In this document: in pieces, positions 48,109 through 58,899 of the stretch
Layout: every line of letters begins with the position of its first letter
Numbering within the stretch: position 1 is the stretch's first letter
From: a virus
Direction: 5' to 3' (one strand)
IMG/VR virus record: IMGVR_UViG_3300029822_001076
DNA: 64,000 nt
Translations under genes and position numbers: made by a program
Notes under the pieces: generated by a model
The model's input: the letters and a program-made list of their open reading frames with translations, nothing else
Told to the model about the DNA's origin: nothing
Databases searched by the model: none

Positions 48109-50619
48109 ATGGCAGATAAATTCGGTTTAAAGATTGGTCTTGAAGGCGAACGGGAGTTTAAAAAAGCCCTCGCCGACATCAATCGCTCGTTTCGAGTCCT
48201 CGGCTCGGAGATGAAGCTTGTTGAGTCGCAATTCGGAAAGAACGACCAGTCTTTGGAAGGCTCTGCAGCAAAACAGCGGCTTTTGAATAAAGAGATTGAT
48301 GCGCAAAAGGACAAAATCAATACCTTAAAAGCCGCACTTGAGAATGCAGCCACCTCCTTCGGAGAAAATGACCGCAGAACCGATAACTGGCGGATAAAAC
48401 TGAACGAAGCGGAAGCCGCCTTAAACGATATGGAGCGAGAACTCGACGAGTCGGCGGAAAGTGCTGATGAGTTGGGTGATGAACTGCAAGAATCTGGCAA
48501 GGCTGCAGAATCTTCCGAAGGTAAGTTCAAAAAGCTCGGTTCGGTATTAAAAGGTGTCGGAGCAGCGATGGGGACAGTCGCTGTAGCCGCCGGAGCTGCG
48601 GCTATCAAGCTCGGAAAAGAAGTCGTGAAAGAGTTCGGTGAGCTGGAGCAAAACCTCGGCGGATCGGAAGCCGTGTTTGGAAAGTATGCCGCGTCCATTC
48701 AAAAGACCGGTGAAGATGCATATAAGAACATGGGCGTTTCGCAAAGTCAGTATCTGGCAACGGCAAACGTCATGGGCGCTCTTTTTCAAGGCTCTGGCAT
48801 CGAACAGCAAAAGAGTCTGGAATTGACCGAAAAGGCTATGCAAAGAGCGGCCGACATGGCATCCGTCATGGGAATTGACATGCAGATGGCTCTAGACTCC
48901 GTAGCAGGTGCAGCCAAGGGCAACTTTACCATGATGGATAACCTCGGTGTGGCGATGAATGCGACCAACATCGAGGCCTACGCACTGGCAAAAGGTCTGG
49001 ACTTTACCTGGGCTAAAGCGACACAGGCGGAAAAAGCCGAGATGGCCATGCAGATGTTCTTTGAGAACACGGAGCAGTATGCCGGAAACTTTGCCAGGGA
49101 ATCGACCGAAACAGTAACGGGTGCACTAGGTCTATTGCAGGCATCCGTTCATTCCTTTGTCGGCGGCTTGGGAAACGCCAATGCCGATATGACGAACCTG
49201 ACGGCAAATGTTGTTGATGCCTTTGGCGCTGTTGTAGAAAACATCGTTCCTGTTTTGGAAAATGTCATCACGGCAATCCCTATTGCTGTGGGCGGCATTA
49301 TTGAAGCCATCGGCGAGCTTCTGCCGACACTTCTTGAAACAGCAACATCGCTATTTACGCAGGTTTTGGAAACACTCCTGTCTCTTTTGCCTGAGCTGAT
49401 CCCCTTTGCGGTGGAAGCCCTTATGACGATTGTGACGGCTCTGATTGAAAACCTGCCGCTCTTAGTAGAAGCGGCAACGACGCTGGTCACGGCTCTGGTG
49501 GAAGGGATCGGCCTTGCCCTGCCGACTTTGATTCCTGCCGCTGTACAGGCGATTGTGACGATTGTTCAGGGCTTAATCGAGAATCTGCCCTTGCTCCTTG
49601 ATGCGGCTTTACAGTTGATCATGGGGCTTGCTGAGGGTCTGATTACGGCCATCCCTGTGCTGATAGAAGCCCTCCCTCAGATTATTGAAGCAATTATCAG
49701 TTTCCTGTTAGGGGCAATTCCGCAAATTATTGAGACAGGCATTGAGCTTTTGACGGCACTGATCGAGGCCTTGCCTGACATTATTGAGCAGATAGTGACG
49801 GCGATTCCGCAGATTATCGATGCCTTGATCACGGCGATACTCGGTTCAATCCCACAGATCATTCAAGCGGGAATTGATCTTTTGGTGGCCCTCATACGGG
49901 CACTGCCCCAGATTATTACGACCATTGTCAAAGCGATCCCTCAGATTATAGCTGCCATTGTGAACGCCTTTGCCGGAAATATCGACAAAATCATTATGGC
50001 TGGTGTTGAACTCTTTGTTGCTCTCATTAAAAATCTACCGACCATTATTGTTGAGATCGTCAAGGCTGTGCCGCAGATTGTTACAGGGATTGTCCAAGCC
50101 TTCGGCTCATTGATGTACAAGATTGTGGAAGTCGGCGGCAACATCGTCAAAGGCCTCTGGCAAGGAATCAAGAGCCTTGCTTCTTGGCTCTGGGATAAGG
50201 TGACGGGTTGGATTTCCGGTATCTGGGACGGGATCAAGAACTTCTTCGGCATCTCCTCGCCGTCCAAGGAAATGGCCTGGATTGGTGAGATGCTGGTTAA
50301 GGGTCTGGCAGGTTCAATTGAAACATCCGGTGATGAAGCTGTGTCGGCTAGTGAACGGCTTGTCCGTGACATAGGCGATGTGATGAATAGCTTGGGTGAA
50401 GATATGGAAACAGCAATCCCCACAGACTTTCACTTAAATGCCAAGAGTACTGTTCTTCCCGCAGGCGATACAAGCGCTTTCTCTGAACAAAGAATGCCGC
50501 TTATACACATTGAGCAGATGTTTGTCAGAAGCGAGGACGATATCCGGAAAGTTTCGCAGGAGCTGTATAACCTCATCGAAGCGGGTTCAAGAGCACAAGG
50601 CCGCTTCTCGCCGGCTTAA
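48109..50619 (+). CDS. Tape measure protein
   Basis: MADKFGLKIGLEGE start, coiled coils, (A/L)PQII repeats. Confidence 0.92.
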   Translation: MADKFGLKIGLEGEREFKKALADINRSFRVLGSEMKLVESQFGKNDQSLEGSAAKQRLLNKEIDAQKDKINTLKAALENAATSFGENDRRTDNWRIKLNEAEAALNDMERELDESAESADELGDELQESGKAAESSEGKFKKLGSVLKGVGAAMGTVAVAAGAAAIKLGKEVVKEFGELEQNLGGSEAVFGKYAASIQKTGEDAYKNMGVSQSQYLATANVMGALFQGSGIEQQKSLELTEKAMQRAADMASVMGIDMQMALDSVAGAAKGNFTMMDNLGVAMNATNIEAYALAKGLDFTWAKATQAEKAEMAMQMFFENTEQYAGNFARESTETVTGALGLLQASVHSFVGGLGNANADMTNLTANVVDAFGAVVENIVPVLENVITAIPIAVGGIIEAIGELLPTLLETATSLFTQVLETLLSLLPELIPFAVEALMTIVTALIENLPLLVEAATTLVTALVEGIGLALPTLIPAAVQAIVTIVQGLIENLPLLLDAALQLIMGLAEGLITAIPVLIEALPQIIEAIISFLLGAIPQIIETGIELLTALIEALPDIIEQIVTAIPQIIDALITAILGSIPQIIQAGIDLLVALIRALPQIITTIVKAIPQIIAAIVNAFAGNIDKIIMAGVELFVALIKNLPTIIVEIVKAVPQIVTGIVQAFGSLMYKIVEVGGNIVKGLWQGIKSLASWLWDKVTGWISGIWDGIKNFFGISSPSKEMAWIGEMLVKGLAGSIETSGDEAVSASERLVRDIGDVMNSLGEDMETAIPTDFHLNAKSTVLPAGDTSAFSEQRMPLIHIEQMFVRSEDDIRKVSQELYNLIEAGSRAQGRFSPA

Positions 50620-50627
50620 AGGAAGAG

Positions 50628-51413
50628 GTGATGATTGTGGGATTTATCTATGACGACGTTTCATCAAAAGATATGGGTGTGAAAGCAAGGCTTACCTCAT
50701 GGCAGGTATCGGGCACACTTAGGAACTACTCCGCCGCTATTCCCGGAAAATATGGTGTGGCGGACTTTGGAGCAGATATGGATGCAAGGGAGATCCCTGT
50801 TTCCTGCTCTATTTTTCCTAAACTGCGTTTTTCAGACTTGGTGGAAACCTTGGACGGGATTGCTCTTTGGCTTTCTCCTGTGAACGGCTTAAAGCAGTTG
50901 ATATTTGATGATGTGCCGGATCGCTATTTCATGGCCAGATTAAAAGACAAAGTGGACTGTGAACGGATTATCCGGGCTGCAGGCGTGTTTGAACTCTCTT
51001 TCTATTGTCCTGATCCCTTTGCATATGCTTTGGAAGATGAGGTCTTTACTATTATGACGACAGGGCAATCCGCAGTAACACGAAGCCTTGGAAACATCGA
51101 ATCGAGACCTGTTTATTATCTAAAAGGAAGTCTGACGAAGGGTGCGGAAAATTATATCTCCATTTCCGTGGGTGGCATAGAGATGAAGATTGTAAACGCT
51201 GAGCTTTCTACAGGAGAGATACTTGCCATCGATACAGAGAAAATGACGGCCTATGTGGAGGATGGAAACGGCTTTGTACTGAGAAACGCCCTGCCTTACT
51301 TGCAGGAGCTGAACTTCCCGGAGCTTGCTGTCGGAGAAAACAGCATCCTGATTGAAGCAGTAAACGGGACATTTTCAGAACTTGAAATAAAGGCAAGAAG
51401 CCGCTGGAGGTGA
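50628..51413 (+). CDS. Distal tail (Dit) protein
   Basis: Synteny after TMP, LIFDDVPDRYF...FYCPDPFAY. Confidence 0.8.
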   Translation: MMIVGFIYDDVSSKDMGVKARLTSWQVSGTLRNYSAAIPGKYGVADFGADMDAREIPVSCSIFPKLRFSDLVETLDGIALWLSPVNGLKQLIFDDVPDRYFMARLKDKVDCERIIRAAGVFELSFYCPDPFAYALEDEVFTIMTTGQSAVTRSLGNIESRPVYYLKGSLTKGAENYISISVGGIEMKIVNAELSTGEILAIDTEKMTAYVEDGNGFVLRNALPYLQELNFPELAVGENSILIEAVNGTFSELEIKARSRWR

Positions 51414-51419
51414 TGAAGC

Positions 51420-53942
51420 ATGGCTCTTAAAATACATATCCAAACACAGGAGGATTTCACAGGCGAGTTTCCTCTTGAGTTTGCAAAGTCCGGTCTTTGG
51501 CGTTTTAACGAAAATGATATCGATGATCAGGGTTATCTTTTAGATTCCTCTGAAAACAATCGCAAAATGGAAGTCATTAATCGGGCCGGTACAACAGCGG
51601 GACTTCGAGCGGGGGCTATGGGCAACTATGTGCAGATAAACCTACATGATCCGGGAACGGAAAAGAGCTATCTGAAAGTCTCAAACGACGGCAGCATCTT
51701 TCAGAACATAGGCGATACAATTCTGGTTGGTGGTTGGATTAAGCCTACGATCTACTCCATTGGGAACACGTACTGTCCGCTCTTTAACACCCGATCCGGT
51801 CCCGGACATCCGATCTTTTATCTTTCCTTCTTTCAGGGAAGACCCCGCATTATGCTCTATAACGAATCGGGATCACTCATCTTGGACAGGACGACTTCTC
51901 CCTCTTTTTCTTTCGTGAATGGAGGAGTTTACTTTATCGCTTGTCTCATACGGCCAAACGCCAAGACGGCGCAGTACATCATAGGTGACAGGTCGGACGG
52001 CAAGTGCTGGATATCAGCGGTATATTCCTTTACAGGCGAGCTGAACCGCTCCTCAAAAGCCGATATTGTCCTTGGTATGCACGCCGGAAGCTACTGGTAT
52101 GCAGGCGGTTTTGACGATTGGTTTTTGGATACCGATTCAGAGCTTACGATGGATGATTTGGAAGAACTGTTTCGCTCCTCCTATTTTGCAAACGGCGGAG
52201 ACAAGGTATCCTCTGTGGATGCCTTGTCTGAACCCGGCAAAGTACTTTTAAAGAAAACGGAAGGTTCATATCCTTTATCAGGGGAACTGTTGACAAAGGC
52301 AAAGCCCCTGTCCCTTTCAGGCACGGGCAGGATTGCTATTACGAAGGAATACGAAGCAGGGGTAACAGATATCTCCTTAGTGGAGTATAGGACAAGCTCC
52401 GATTTAAATACATGGGGTGCTTGGACAGCTCTTCCGGAAGACGGAAAAATCGAAACCTCAGCTGATTACATCCGCTTTCGCATTACTCTTGCTACAACAG
52501 ACCAGACAAAGACACCCAAGCTTGTCGATATCCGGATCTACGATATTCCGAAAGCACCTTATGAAAAGATGGGCTATGCCCGGCCGGTGCTTTTAACAGC
52601 TGCTGGAGCTTGGGAAGCAGTCTTAGAAAATGCTTACGACATTGTTGTTATTAGTGAAGTGAATGGTGAAGATACTCTGCACTTTAAACTGCCTTTTAGG
52701 GATCAAAAGCGTAGCTACTTAGAAAACGAGAAGAAGATTCAGATCGTAGACGACATTTATAAAATTCGCACCATCAATGATATCAAGGATTCTACAGGAA
52801 ATACTGTGACGGAAGTCTATGCCGAAGCGGAGTTTTATGATCTGACATTCAGTGTCCGAAAAGAAGAAAAAAGCTTTGATGCGGAGACGGCGGAAACAGC
52901 GATGGCCTATGCCCTTGAGGGTACGGACTGGAGTGCGGGTACGGTGAATGTCAAGACAAAGCGTACTTGGGTTTCTTCAGAGAAAAACGCCCTCTCCATC
53001 CTTCGTGCCGTCGCAAGCCTTCACGGTGGAGACCTGGTCTTTGACTGTCCTAACAGACTCGTTCATCTCTACACGGTGAGCGGCAGGGACAGCGGTGCGC
53101 TTTTTGCCTATAAGAAGAACATGAAGAGCATTGAACGGGTGGTCGATACGAGAAACCTAATAACGCGCCTGTATGCAATAGGAGCAGATGGCATGACTTT
53201 CTCCGACATCAACAATGGAAAGCCTTATTTGGAGGATTTTTCCTACTCGAATGATGTACGCATCTCCACACTTGACTGTTCTTCCTTTACCAATCCCTAC
53301 CAGATGAAGGAGTTCACAGCGATGCGGCTTAGTCAGTATGCCAAACCGAAAATCTCTTATGTCCTCCATGCGATGGACTTATCTGTCCTTACGGGCTTTT
53401 CACATGAAGCCTGGTCACTGGGAGACTATGTGCTTGTGGAAGACAAGGAGCTGGGGATCTCTGTTACGACAAGGATTGTGAGGAGAGAATATAACCTGCA
53501 GGAACCTTGGAATACAGTGTTGGAGCTTTCTACGACTTTGAAAAACCTCGGCTCCTCCGTTGAAAGGCTGGAGACCATAGCGGACACTTTGGAAGGAGCA
53601 GGCGCTTTTGGCGGCGGAAACATCAGCGATATGGTGCCTTTTAACCATCTTAAAAACTCGAGAGCGGACGACGGCATGGCGTATTGGCTGAACTCCGGAT
53701 TTGAAGCAGTGGCCGAGACAGGCGGCACGGGGACGGCTGCTTTCAAGGCGGAAGGCGCAGCAGGTCTTACTAAATCAATGGCGCAGACCGTCTATCCGTC
53801 AAACAGGCAAAGCTACACGCTTTCTCTTGCCATCGCTTCGGAAAATCTGGAAAAACTCTCGGACAATTCCCAGGTCGGTGTGGAAGTGGAAATAGAGTAT
53901 GAGGACGGGACTGTCGAGACACGATTTATTGACCTTTACTAA
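51420..53942 (+). CDS. Tail spike / baseplate hub with N-terminal LamG/ConA-like lectin region
   Basis: LWRFNE...GGWIKP...GFDDW (LamG-like), then a prophage tail endopeptidase-like region (ITRLYAIG). Confidence 0.7.
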   Translation: MALKIHIQTQEDFTGEFPLEFAKSGLWRFNENDIDDQGYLLDSSENNRKMEVINRAGTTAGLRAGAMGNYVQINLHDPGTEKSYLKVSNDGSIFQNIGDTILVGGWIKPTIYSIGNTYCPLFNTRSGPGHPIFYLSFFQGRPRIMLYNESGSLILDRTTSPSFSFVNGGVYFIACLIRPNAKTAQYIIGDRSDGKCWISAVYSFTGELNRSSKADIVLGMHAGSYWYAGGFDDWFLDTDSELTMDDLEELFRSSYFANGGDKVSSVDALSEPGKVLLKKTEGSYPLSGELLTKAKPLSLSGTGRIAITKEYEAGVTDISLVEYRTSSDLNTWGAWTALPEDGKIETSADYIRFRITLATTDQTKTPKLVDIRIYDIPKAPYEKMGYARPVLLTAAGAWEAVLENAYDIVVISEVNGEDTLHFKLPFRDQKRSYLENEKKIQIVDDIYKIRTINDIKDSTGNTVTEVYAEAEFYDLTFSVRKEEKSFDAETAETAMAYALEGTDWSAGTVNVKTKRTWVSSEKNALSILRAVASLHGGDLVFDCPNRLVHLYTVSGRDSGALFAYKKNMKSIERVVDTRNLITRLYAIGADGMTFSDINNGKPYLEDFSYSNDVRISTLDCSSFTNPYQMKEFTAMRLSQYAKPKISYVLHAMDLSVLTGFSHEAWSLGDYVLVEDKELGISVTTRIVRREYNLQEPWNTVLELSTTLKNLGSSVERLETIADTLEGAGAFGGGNISDMVPFNHLKNSRADDGMAYWLNSGFEAVAETGGTGTAAFKAEGAAGLTKSMAQTVYPSNRQSYTLSLAIASENLEKLSDNSQVGVEVEIEYEDGTVETRFIDLY

Positions 53943-53956
53943 GGAGGGATGTAGAG

Positions 53957-54154
53957 ATGGCGTATTTTAGAAAAGTGAAAGATACCGTTGCGCCTAAAGG
54001 CTACATGTCACGGCTGAAATCCATCACGGTGCGCATCTTTATCTCCGACTGCACCGGGAGGATATTGGTGACGGACATTCTCCTGCAAGGTGGATCTGCC
54101 GCTACAGGCTGGGTGCCGCATCCTTCTGAGATTCGTTATTCTCTGGACGGGTGA
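53957..54154 (+). CDS. Small tail-associated protein
   Basis: RBS GGAGG, VTDILLQGGSAATGWVPHPSE. Confidence 0.6.
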   Translation: MAYFRKVKDTVAPKGYMSRLKSITVRIFISDCTGRILVTDILLQGGSAATGWVPHPSEIRYSLDG

Positions 54155-54158
54155 TGCT

Positions 54159-54731
54159 ATGAAGAAGTTTTATAGGCTTTCTGAGACCATCAATAAAAAA
54201 GAAGATGAGCGGGTTGTATCGGTGACGATAAAGCCGCTTTTAACAGATATGTCAGGCACCGTTTGGATCACAGACCTCATGCTGCAGGAGGGCGATCGGG
54301 TGACGGGCTTTCATCCGCATACGGAAACCATGCTTCAAAAAGAGCGTGAGGGTGAAACTATAAAAGAACCTGTCTGGTATAACGGCATCGTCCGTGGGAA
54401 GGAAACGCTGATTCTTTTTAATCTAGGAAAGACCTCAACAGGTCTTGATCTGAAGCTTTATCCAAAATCGAATATGGAAGGCATAACCATTTCGCAAGCG
54501 GCAGGCGGACAAAGAGCCTATTTCCCGGATGCCCTTCAAAAGGATGACGAGCTAAGTTTCTCCGCATCGGAGAGAAGCACAACAAAAAATGGACAGCCCT
54601 TTCAAAAAGAAGGCTTTTATTCTTACAGTGCGGCTTGGGACTCCAAGCACAATGTAGAACTCCCTCAAGGGAAATCTGCCAGAGTGTTGTTTACCTTGCA
54701 GGAAATGGATGAAGGGGGTGAGCTGTTTTGA
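54159..54731 (+). CDS. Tail-associated protein
   Basis: Start at ATG 54159. ITDLMLQEG pattern resembles the preceding ORF. Confidence 0.6.
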   Translation: MKKFYRLSETINKKEDERVVSVTIKPLLTDMSGTVWITDLMLQEGDRVTGFHPHTETMLQKEREGETIKEPVWYNGIVRGKETLILFNLGKTSTGLDLKLYPKSNMEGITISQAAGGQRAYFPDALQKDDELSFSASERSTTKNGQPFQKEGFYSYSAAWDSKHNVELPQGKSARVLFTLQEMDEGGELF

Positions 54732-57193
54732 TTAACCCATTGAAAAATAAAGAGATCATGGTCTGGACCTTTATGGGAAATGCCAGGATGTATGAAGCTT
54801 TAAGCAAATATGGAGACCGCATCAGTCAGATCGGTCTTTTTTCTTTTAAGGTAAGGGCGACTGGCGAAATCTACGAATCAGGAGTCTCCATCTCGAACAT
54901 GATGCCTTATATTCAGCAGTGGCCGCATATCCGCTGGCTTTTAACGGTGGCAAATGACGGCTACAATCCTATCTTTAAAGCAATACGGGAGAATACAAAC
55001 GGCGCACAGGATATGTTCTTATCCGAACTTATCCGCATCATGCAAAAATACCCCTGGTGCGATGGAGTGGATATTGACCTTGAAGGTGGTGGAGATTATT
55101 CCACAGCGGCGAAGTCCACAGCAATGTTTCAGAATATCCATCATGCCGTGAAAAGTTATGATGCAAGAAAACGCATCAACATCTGCCTTCCCGGCATGAC
55201 CAGCGTGAACGGCTCGGTCGGCGGAGAGAACTGGTGCGTTTATGCTGACCTTGCTCCTTACTGCGATACGGCATCCATTATGAGTTACGGCATGGCTTGG
55301 GCGGGTTCTGCTCCGGGGCCGGTGTCTCCAAGGGATTGGCTGGAAGGTATCTACGACTATGCCGTATCCGTGATGCCGGCGTCAAAGATTTACTTCGGTA
55401 TGCCGGCTTACGGCTGGAACTGGCAGATTTACGACACGCCGGAGAACCTGGGCAAATATTACCGAGGAGTTTCACACACTTATTACGGAGCAAAGAACTG
55501 GATGACGGGCTACTATCAGTTCAAAGAAACAGCACCTGCATCTCCTCAGATTCCTATCATCGCTTATTGGGATGATTACGATAAAGGGCCGTTTGCCCTT
55601 CCGCATGTCTACGACTACATGGAAGGACAAGACGCAGAGCATTACAGCTATCCTTTGATGGGTGAGGTTTATAAGCGAAGGCGTTATCTCACCTCTTACG
55701 GGAAAACACAAAAGACAAACTTTGGCGGTGTTGTTGTCGATAGAAATGCGCAGCCGGACTCCTATTCCGGCATTGTCTCCATATCAGAATACATGGTTAC
55801 GCTAGGCGATAATGGTGAAGTTTTATATGAGTTTGATATATCGGAAGCTGGCACATACGATCTGGTCGTAAAGCTTGGCTTTCCTTTATGGGATAAGAAC
55901 AGTGCTTATCTTTCGCTTGACGGCACAAGTATCCTCATCGAGGAAAACAGGCTTTGGTGGCCATACTGGCGGTCGACTTTTTGGAAGTGTGCATGGAAGG
56001 AAGTCTCTCTTTCTGCCGGGACACATACACTCGCCGTGTCGGTTGCCGCCAAAGGCGTACAGTTTTATGGTTTTAAAGTCTGTCAGTCTTTCAGCGAGGA
56101 AACGTCCGTTAGTGAAGCAAGCTACACCTTGTCTCCGAGGAAATTTAAAGACATTAACGGCGTGATGGTGGGACCGAGGGAGGGCTTTAAACTCACCTTT
56201 GAAATGCTCCGAAGAAAAGCGGACTCCGCTCTTATCTGGTATGAGGACTTTAGAGACAGAATCATTTTGCCTGAAAGTTACTGGGCTGTTCTTTCCGGAG
56301 AATGGGAGGTCTGGCAAAAGGACGACTTTGAGAAAAACCGTCCCTATTCACAGCTTGAAGGCTATGGAGAGCTTGCGCTGAATTATGAGGGATTTCAAGA
56401 TCTGCATTTACGGGCGCAGCTCATTTTCCCTGAAAGCTTTACCGGGAGAGCCGGGATTTTCTTAGGTAATCTTTTCTGTTGTCTCAACTACGGAACGCAG
56501 GCAGTGGAGCTTTATCAGGGAGATGTTTTATTAGGAAGCTATGAGACCTCGTTTCAAAAAACACCTGGTGCTGATATACGTGTTTCACCCAATATTTATA
56601 CGATTGAGATGAGGAAGCGTGGTACGAGTGTCAGGGTGTATTCGGGTGCTTCAAACAGACTGCGTTTTCAAAGAACGGTGACGGATACATCAGGCTTTGC
56701 AGGCATAAGGGCGGATAATAAAGTACACTGTCAGCTTTTTCGTGTGGGAGATAGTTATACCTATGAACCTTACGAGCGCTTTGATGTGGTGCTGCCGGAC
56801 GAAAGCCTGGCAAGCTTTGGACGAATACAGAGAACAGGGGTCTTATGGGATGAGGAGTTTCAAGTCTTTACTGTCACTTCTGACATTGAGGAACATGAGA
56901 CAAGGACCGAAAACATCTCTCTTGATTACGAGTTCTTTCATTCAAAACTTCTACCGCTGGTCTGCGGTAATGACTATCAAGTGACGGTGATTCCAAAAGA
57001 CATAAATGTCTGGATATCTCGGATTTTCTTAGGTGATTCAGACGGCTTTTCCATCCTTTATTACCAGGATGTGGATTCGCTCATCTATTGGGCTAATGAA
57101 GCCGCCTATCACTGGAAGGTCAGAGGGATGTGTATGTGGTCGCTCGGCCAAGAGGATTTGAGGCTCTGGGACTGGTTGCCCAAGCAAGTGTAG
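54728..57193 (+). CDS. Glycoside hydrolase family 18 tail-associated protein with carbohydrate-binding regions
   Basis: Catalytic DGVDIDLEG, IMSYG, GMPAYG, WSLGQED. Confidence 0.85.
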   Translation: MINPLKNKEIMVWTFMGNARMYEALSKYGDRISQIGLFSFKVRATGEIYESGVSISNMMPYIQQWPHIRWLLTVANDGYNPIFKAIRENTNGAQDMFLSELIRIMQKYPWCDGVDIDLEGGGDYSTAAKSTAMFQNIHHAVKSYDARKRINICLPGMTSVNGSVGGENWCVYADLAPYCDTASIMSYGMAWAGSAPGPVSPRDWLEGIYDYAVSVMPASKIYFGMPAYGWNWQIYDTPENLGKYYRGVSHTYYGAKNWMTGYYQFKETAPASPQIPIIAYWDDYDKGPFALPHVYDYMEGQDAEHYSYPLMGEVYKRRRYLTSYGKTQKTNFGGVVVDRNAQPDSYSGIVSISEYMVTLGDNGEVLYEFDISEAGTYDLVVKLGFPLWDKNSAYLSLDGTSILIEENRLWWPYWRSTFWKCAWKEVSLSAGTHTLAVSVAAKGVQFYGFKVCQSFSEETSVSEASYTLSPRKFKDINGVMVGPREGFKLTFEMLRRKADSALIWYEDFRDRIILPESYWAVLSGEWEVWQKDDFEKNRPYSQLEGYGELALNYEGFQDLHLRAQLIFPESFTGRAGIFLGNLFCCLNYGTQAVELYQGDVLLGSYETSFQKTPGADIRVSPNIYTIEMRKRGTSVRVYSGASNRLRFQRTVTDTSGFAGIRADNKVHCQLFRVGDSYTYEPYERFDVVLPDESLASFGRIQRTGVLWDEEFQVFTVTSDIEEHETRTENISLDYEFFHSKLLPLVCGNDYQVTVIPKDINVWISRIFLGDSDGFSILYYQDVDSLIYWANEAAYHWKVRGMCMWSLGQEDLRLWDWLPKQV

Positions 57194-57271
57194 CTCGTAT
57201 CAAGTAATTCATTTTTGACGGAAGTGTCTGCCAAAGGGCGGACATTTTTTATTTGGAAGGAGGATTTCAAC

Positions 57272-57688
57272 ATGAAACAAATCTGGTCTGCCATTCAGGC
57301 AGCATTCACGGCTGTAGGAGGTTTTCTCGGTTGGTACTTGGGAGGTCTGGACGGATTTCTCTATGCACTCATTGTTTTTGTCGCAGCAGACTACATCACA
57401 GGAGTGCTCTGTGCCATTTACGACAAAAACCTCTCAAGTGAAGTCGGCTTCAAGGGCATCGCCAAGAAGGTGCTCATTTTTGTTCTTGTAGGCATCGGGA
57501 ACATTATCGATGTTTCTATCTTAAAACAAGGCAGTGCCATCAGGACGGCGGTCATCTTTTTCTATCTCTCAAATGAAGGTATTTCCATTTTGGAAAACTC
57601 TGCGCATCTGGGGCTTCCGATACCTAAGGCCTTGAAAAATGTGCTGGAAACAATTTCAAAGGAGGACGAGGGCGATGAATCTCAATAA
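57272..57688 (+). CDS. Holin (TcdE / phage holin 4-like)
   Basis: TM helices, DYITGVL, GIAKK, NEGISILEN...GLPIP. Start at ATG 57272. Confidence 0.88.
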   Translation: MKQIWSAIQAAFTAVGGFLGWYLGGLDGFLYALIVFVAADYITGVLCAIYDKNLSSEVGFKGIAKKVLIFVLVGIGNIIDVSILKQGSAIRTAVIFFYLSNEGISILENSAHLGLPIPKALKNVLETISKEDEGDESQ

Positions 57689-58799
57689 GCTGATTTTTAC
57701 AGAAAACGCCTGCTACAAAGCAGGAAGGAAAATAAAAGTAAAAGGCATCATGGTGCATTCGACTGGAGCAAACAATCCTTATTTAAAACGCTATGTCGGT
57801 CCGGATGACGGGAAACTGGGAAAGAATCAGTACAACAATCATTGGAATCAGCCGATGGATCGAGCAGTCTGCGTGCATGGATTTATCGGGAAGCTTCAGA
57901 ACGGCTCCATTGCCACCTATCAGACGCTTCCTTGGGATCACAGAGGATGGCATGCAGGCGGTGCGGCAAACAACACGCATACCAGCTTTGAAATTTGCGA
58001 GGACGGATTAAATGACCGCTCGTATTTTGAGAAAGTCTATAAGGAAGCGATAGAACTTTGTGCGTATCTCTGTAAGCTCTATGCACTTAATCCGCTGGCG
58101 GACGGAGTCATCATCGGGCACTACGAAGGGCATCAAAGAGGGATCGCATCCAATCACGGTGATCCAAGGCACTGGTTCTCAAAGTTCGGAAAAAGCATGG
58201 ACACTTTCCGTCAGGATGTGCAAAAGTTGATGAGTGGAAGTTCAGTCACTCCGACACCGAGTGATGATCCTCCGGCAAAGCTTGAGGCAGGCTATTACCG
58301 GGTGCGTAAATCTTGGCAGGATAAAAAGAGCCAGATTGGAGCCTATAAGGTGCTTGCCAATGCCAAGAGAAAGGCTGATGAAAACAGCGGCTACTTTGTC
58401 TTTGATGATGAAGGAACTGCCATTTATCCGGAAAAGTCTGCTGCTGAATATGGAACTTATACGGTAGTCAGCGGCGACAGTCTTTGGCGGATTGCCGCCA
58501 GACTTTTAGGCGATGGAAGAAGGTATCCGGAAATCAAGAAATTAAATGGACTGACATCTGATGTTATTCATGCCGGACAAAAACTCAAGATACCGGGAGT
58601 AGCACCAGATGTCACAGCGATAAAAGTTGGAGACACTGTTAGGGTGACGGCATCTAACTATGCCACCGGCCAAACGGTGCCTAATTGGGTGAAGGAAAGA
58701 ACTCACAAGGTCTCACAGGTGGAAAAAGATAAAGTGCTCCTCGGTTGGCCGGATGGTATTGCGTCGTGGCTGCCGATTGATGGAGTGAAGAAAATTTGA
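57675..58799 (+). CDS. Endolysin: N-acetylmuramoyl-L-alanine amidase with LysM
   Basis: MVHSTG, GWHAG, FEICE, NHGDP, LysM YTVVSGDSLWRIA. Start at ATG 57675. Confidence 0.9.
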   Translation: MNLNKLIFTENACYKAGRKIKVKGIMVHSTGANNPYLKRYVGPDDGKLGKNQYNNHWNQPMDRAVCVHGFIGKLQNGSIATYQTLPWDHRGWHAGGAANNTHTSFEICEDGLNDRSYFEKVYKEAIELCAYLCKLYALNPLADGVIIGHYEGHQRGIASNHGDPRHWFSKFGKSMDTFRQDVQKLMSGSSVTPTPSDDPPAKLEAGYYRVRKSWQDKKSQIGAYKVLANAKRKADENSGYFVFDDEGTAIYPEKSAAEYGTYTVVSGDSLWRIAARLLGDGRRYPEIKKLNGLTSDVIHAGQKLKIPGVAPDVTAIKVGDTVRVTASNYATGQTVPNWVKERTHKVSQVEKDKVLLGWPDGIASWLPIDGVKKI

Positions 58800-58899
58800 A
58801 CTTAGTGAAAAAACCCTGATTGATGATTGATATGCATGGACTCCTTGTTTGTCTTATACTGCTGACAACTGGATATTAATGAGCAGAGGGTAAAACAAA

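Noticed and set aside
49250-50110. Periodic repeats in the tape measure gene
   Set aside because: Ordinary amphipathic TMP repeats.
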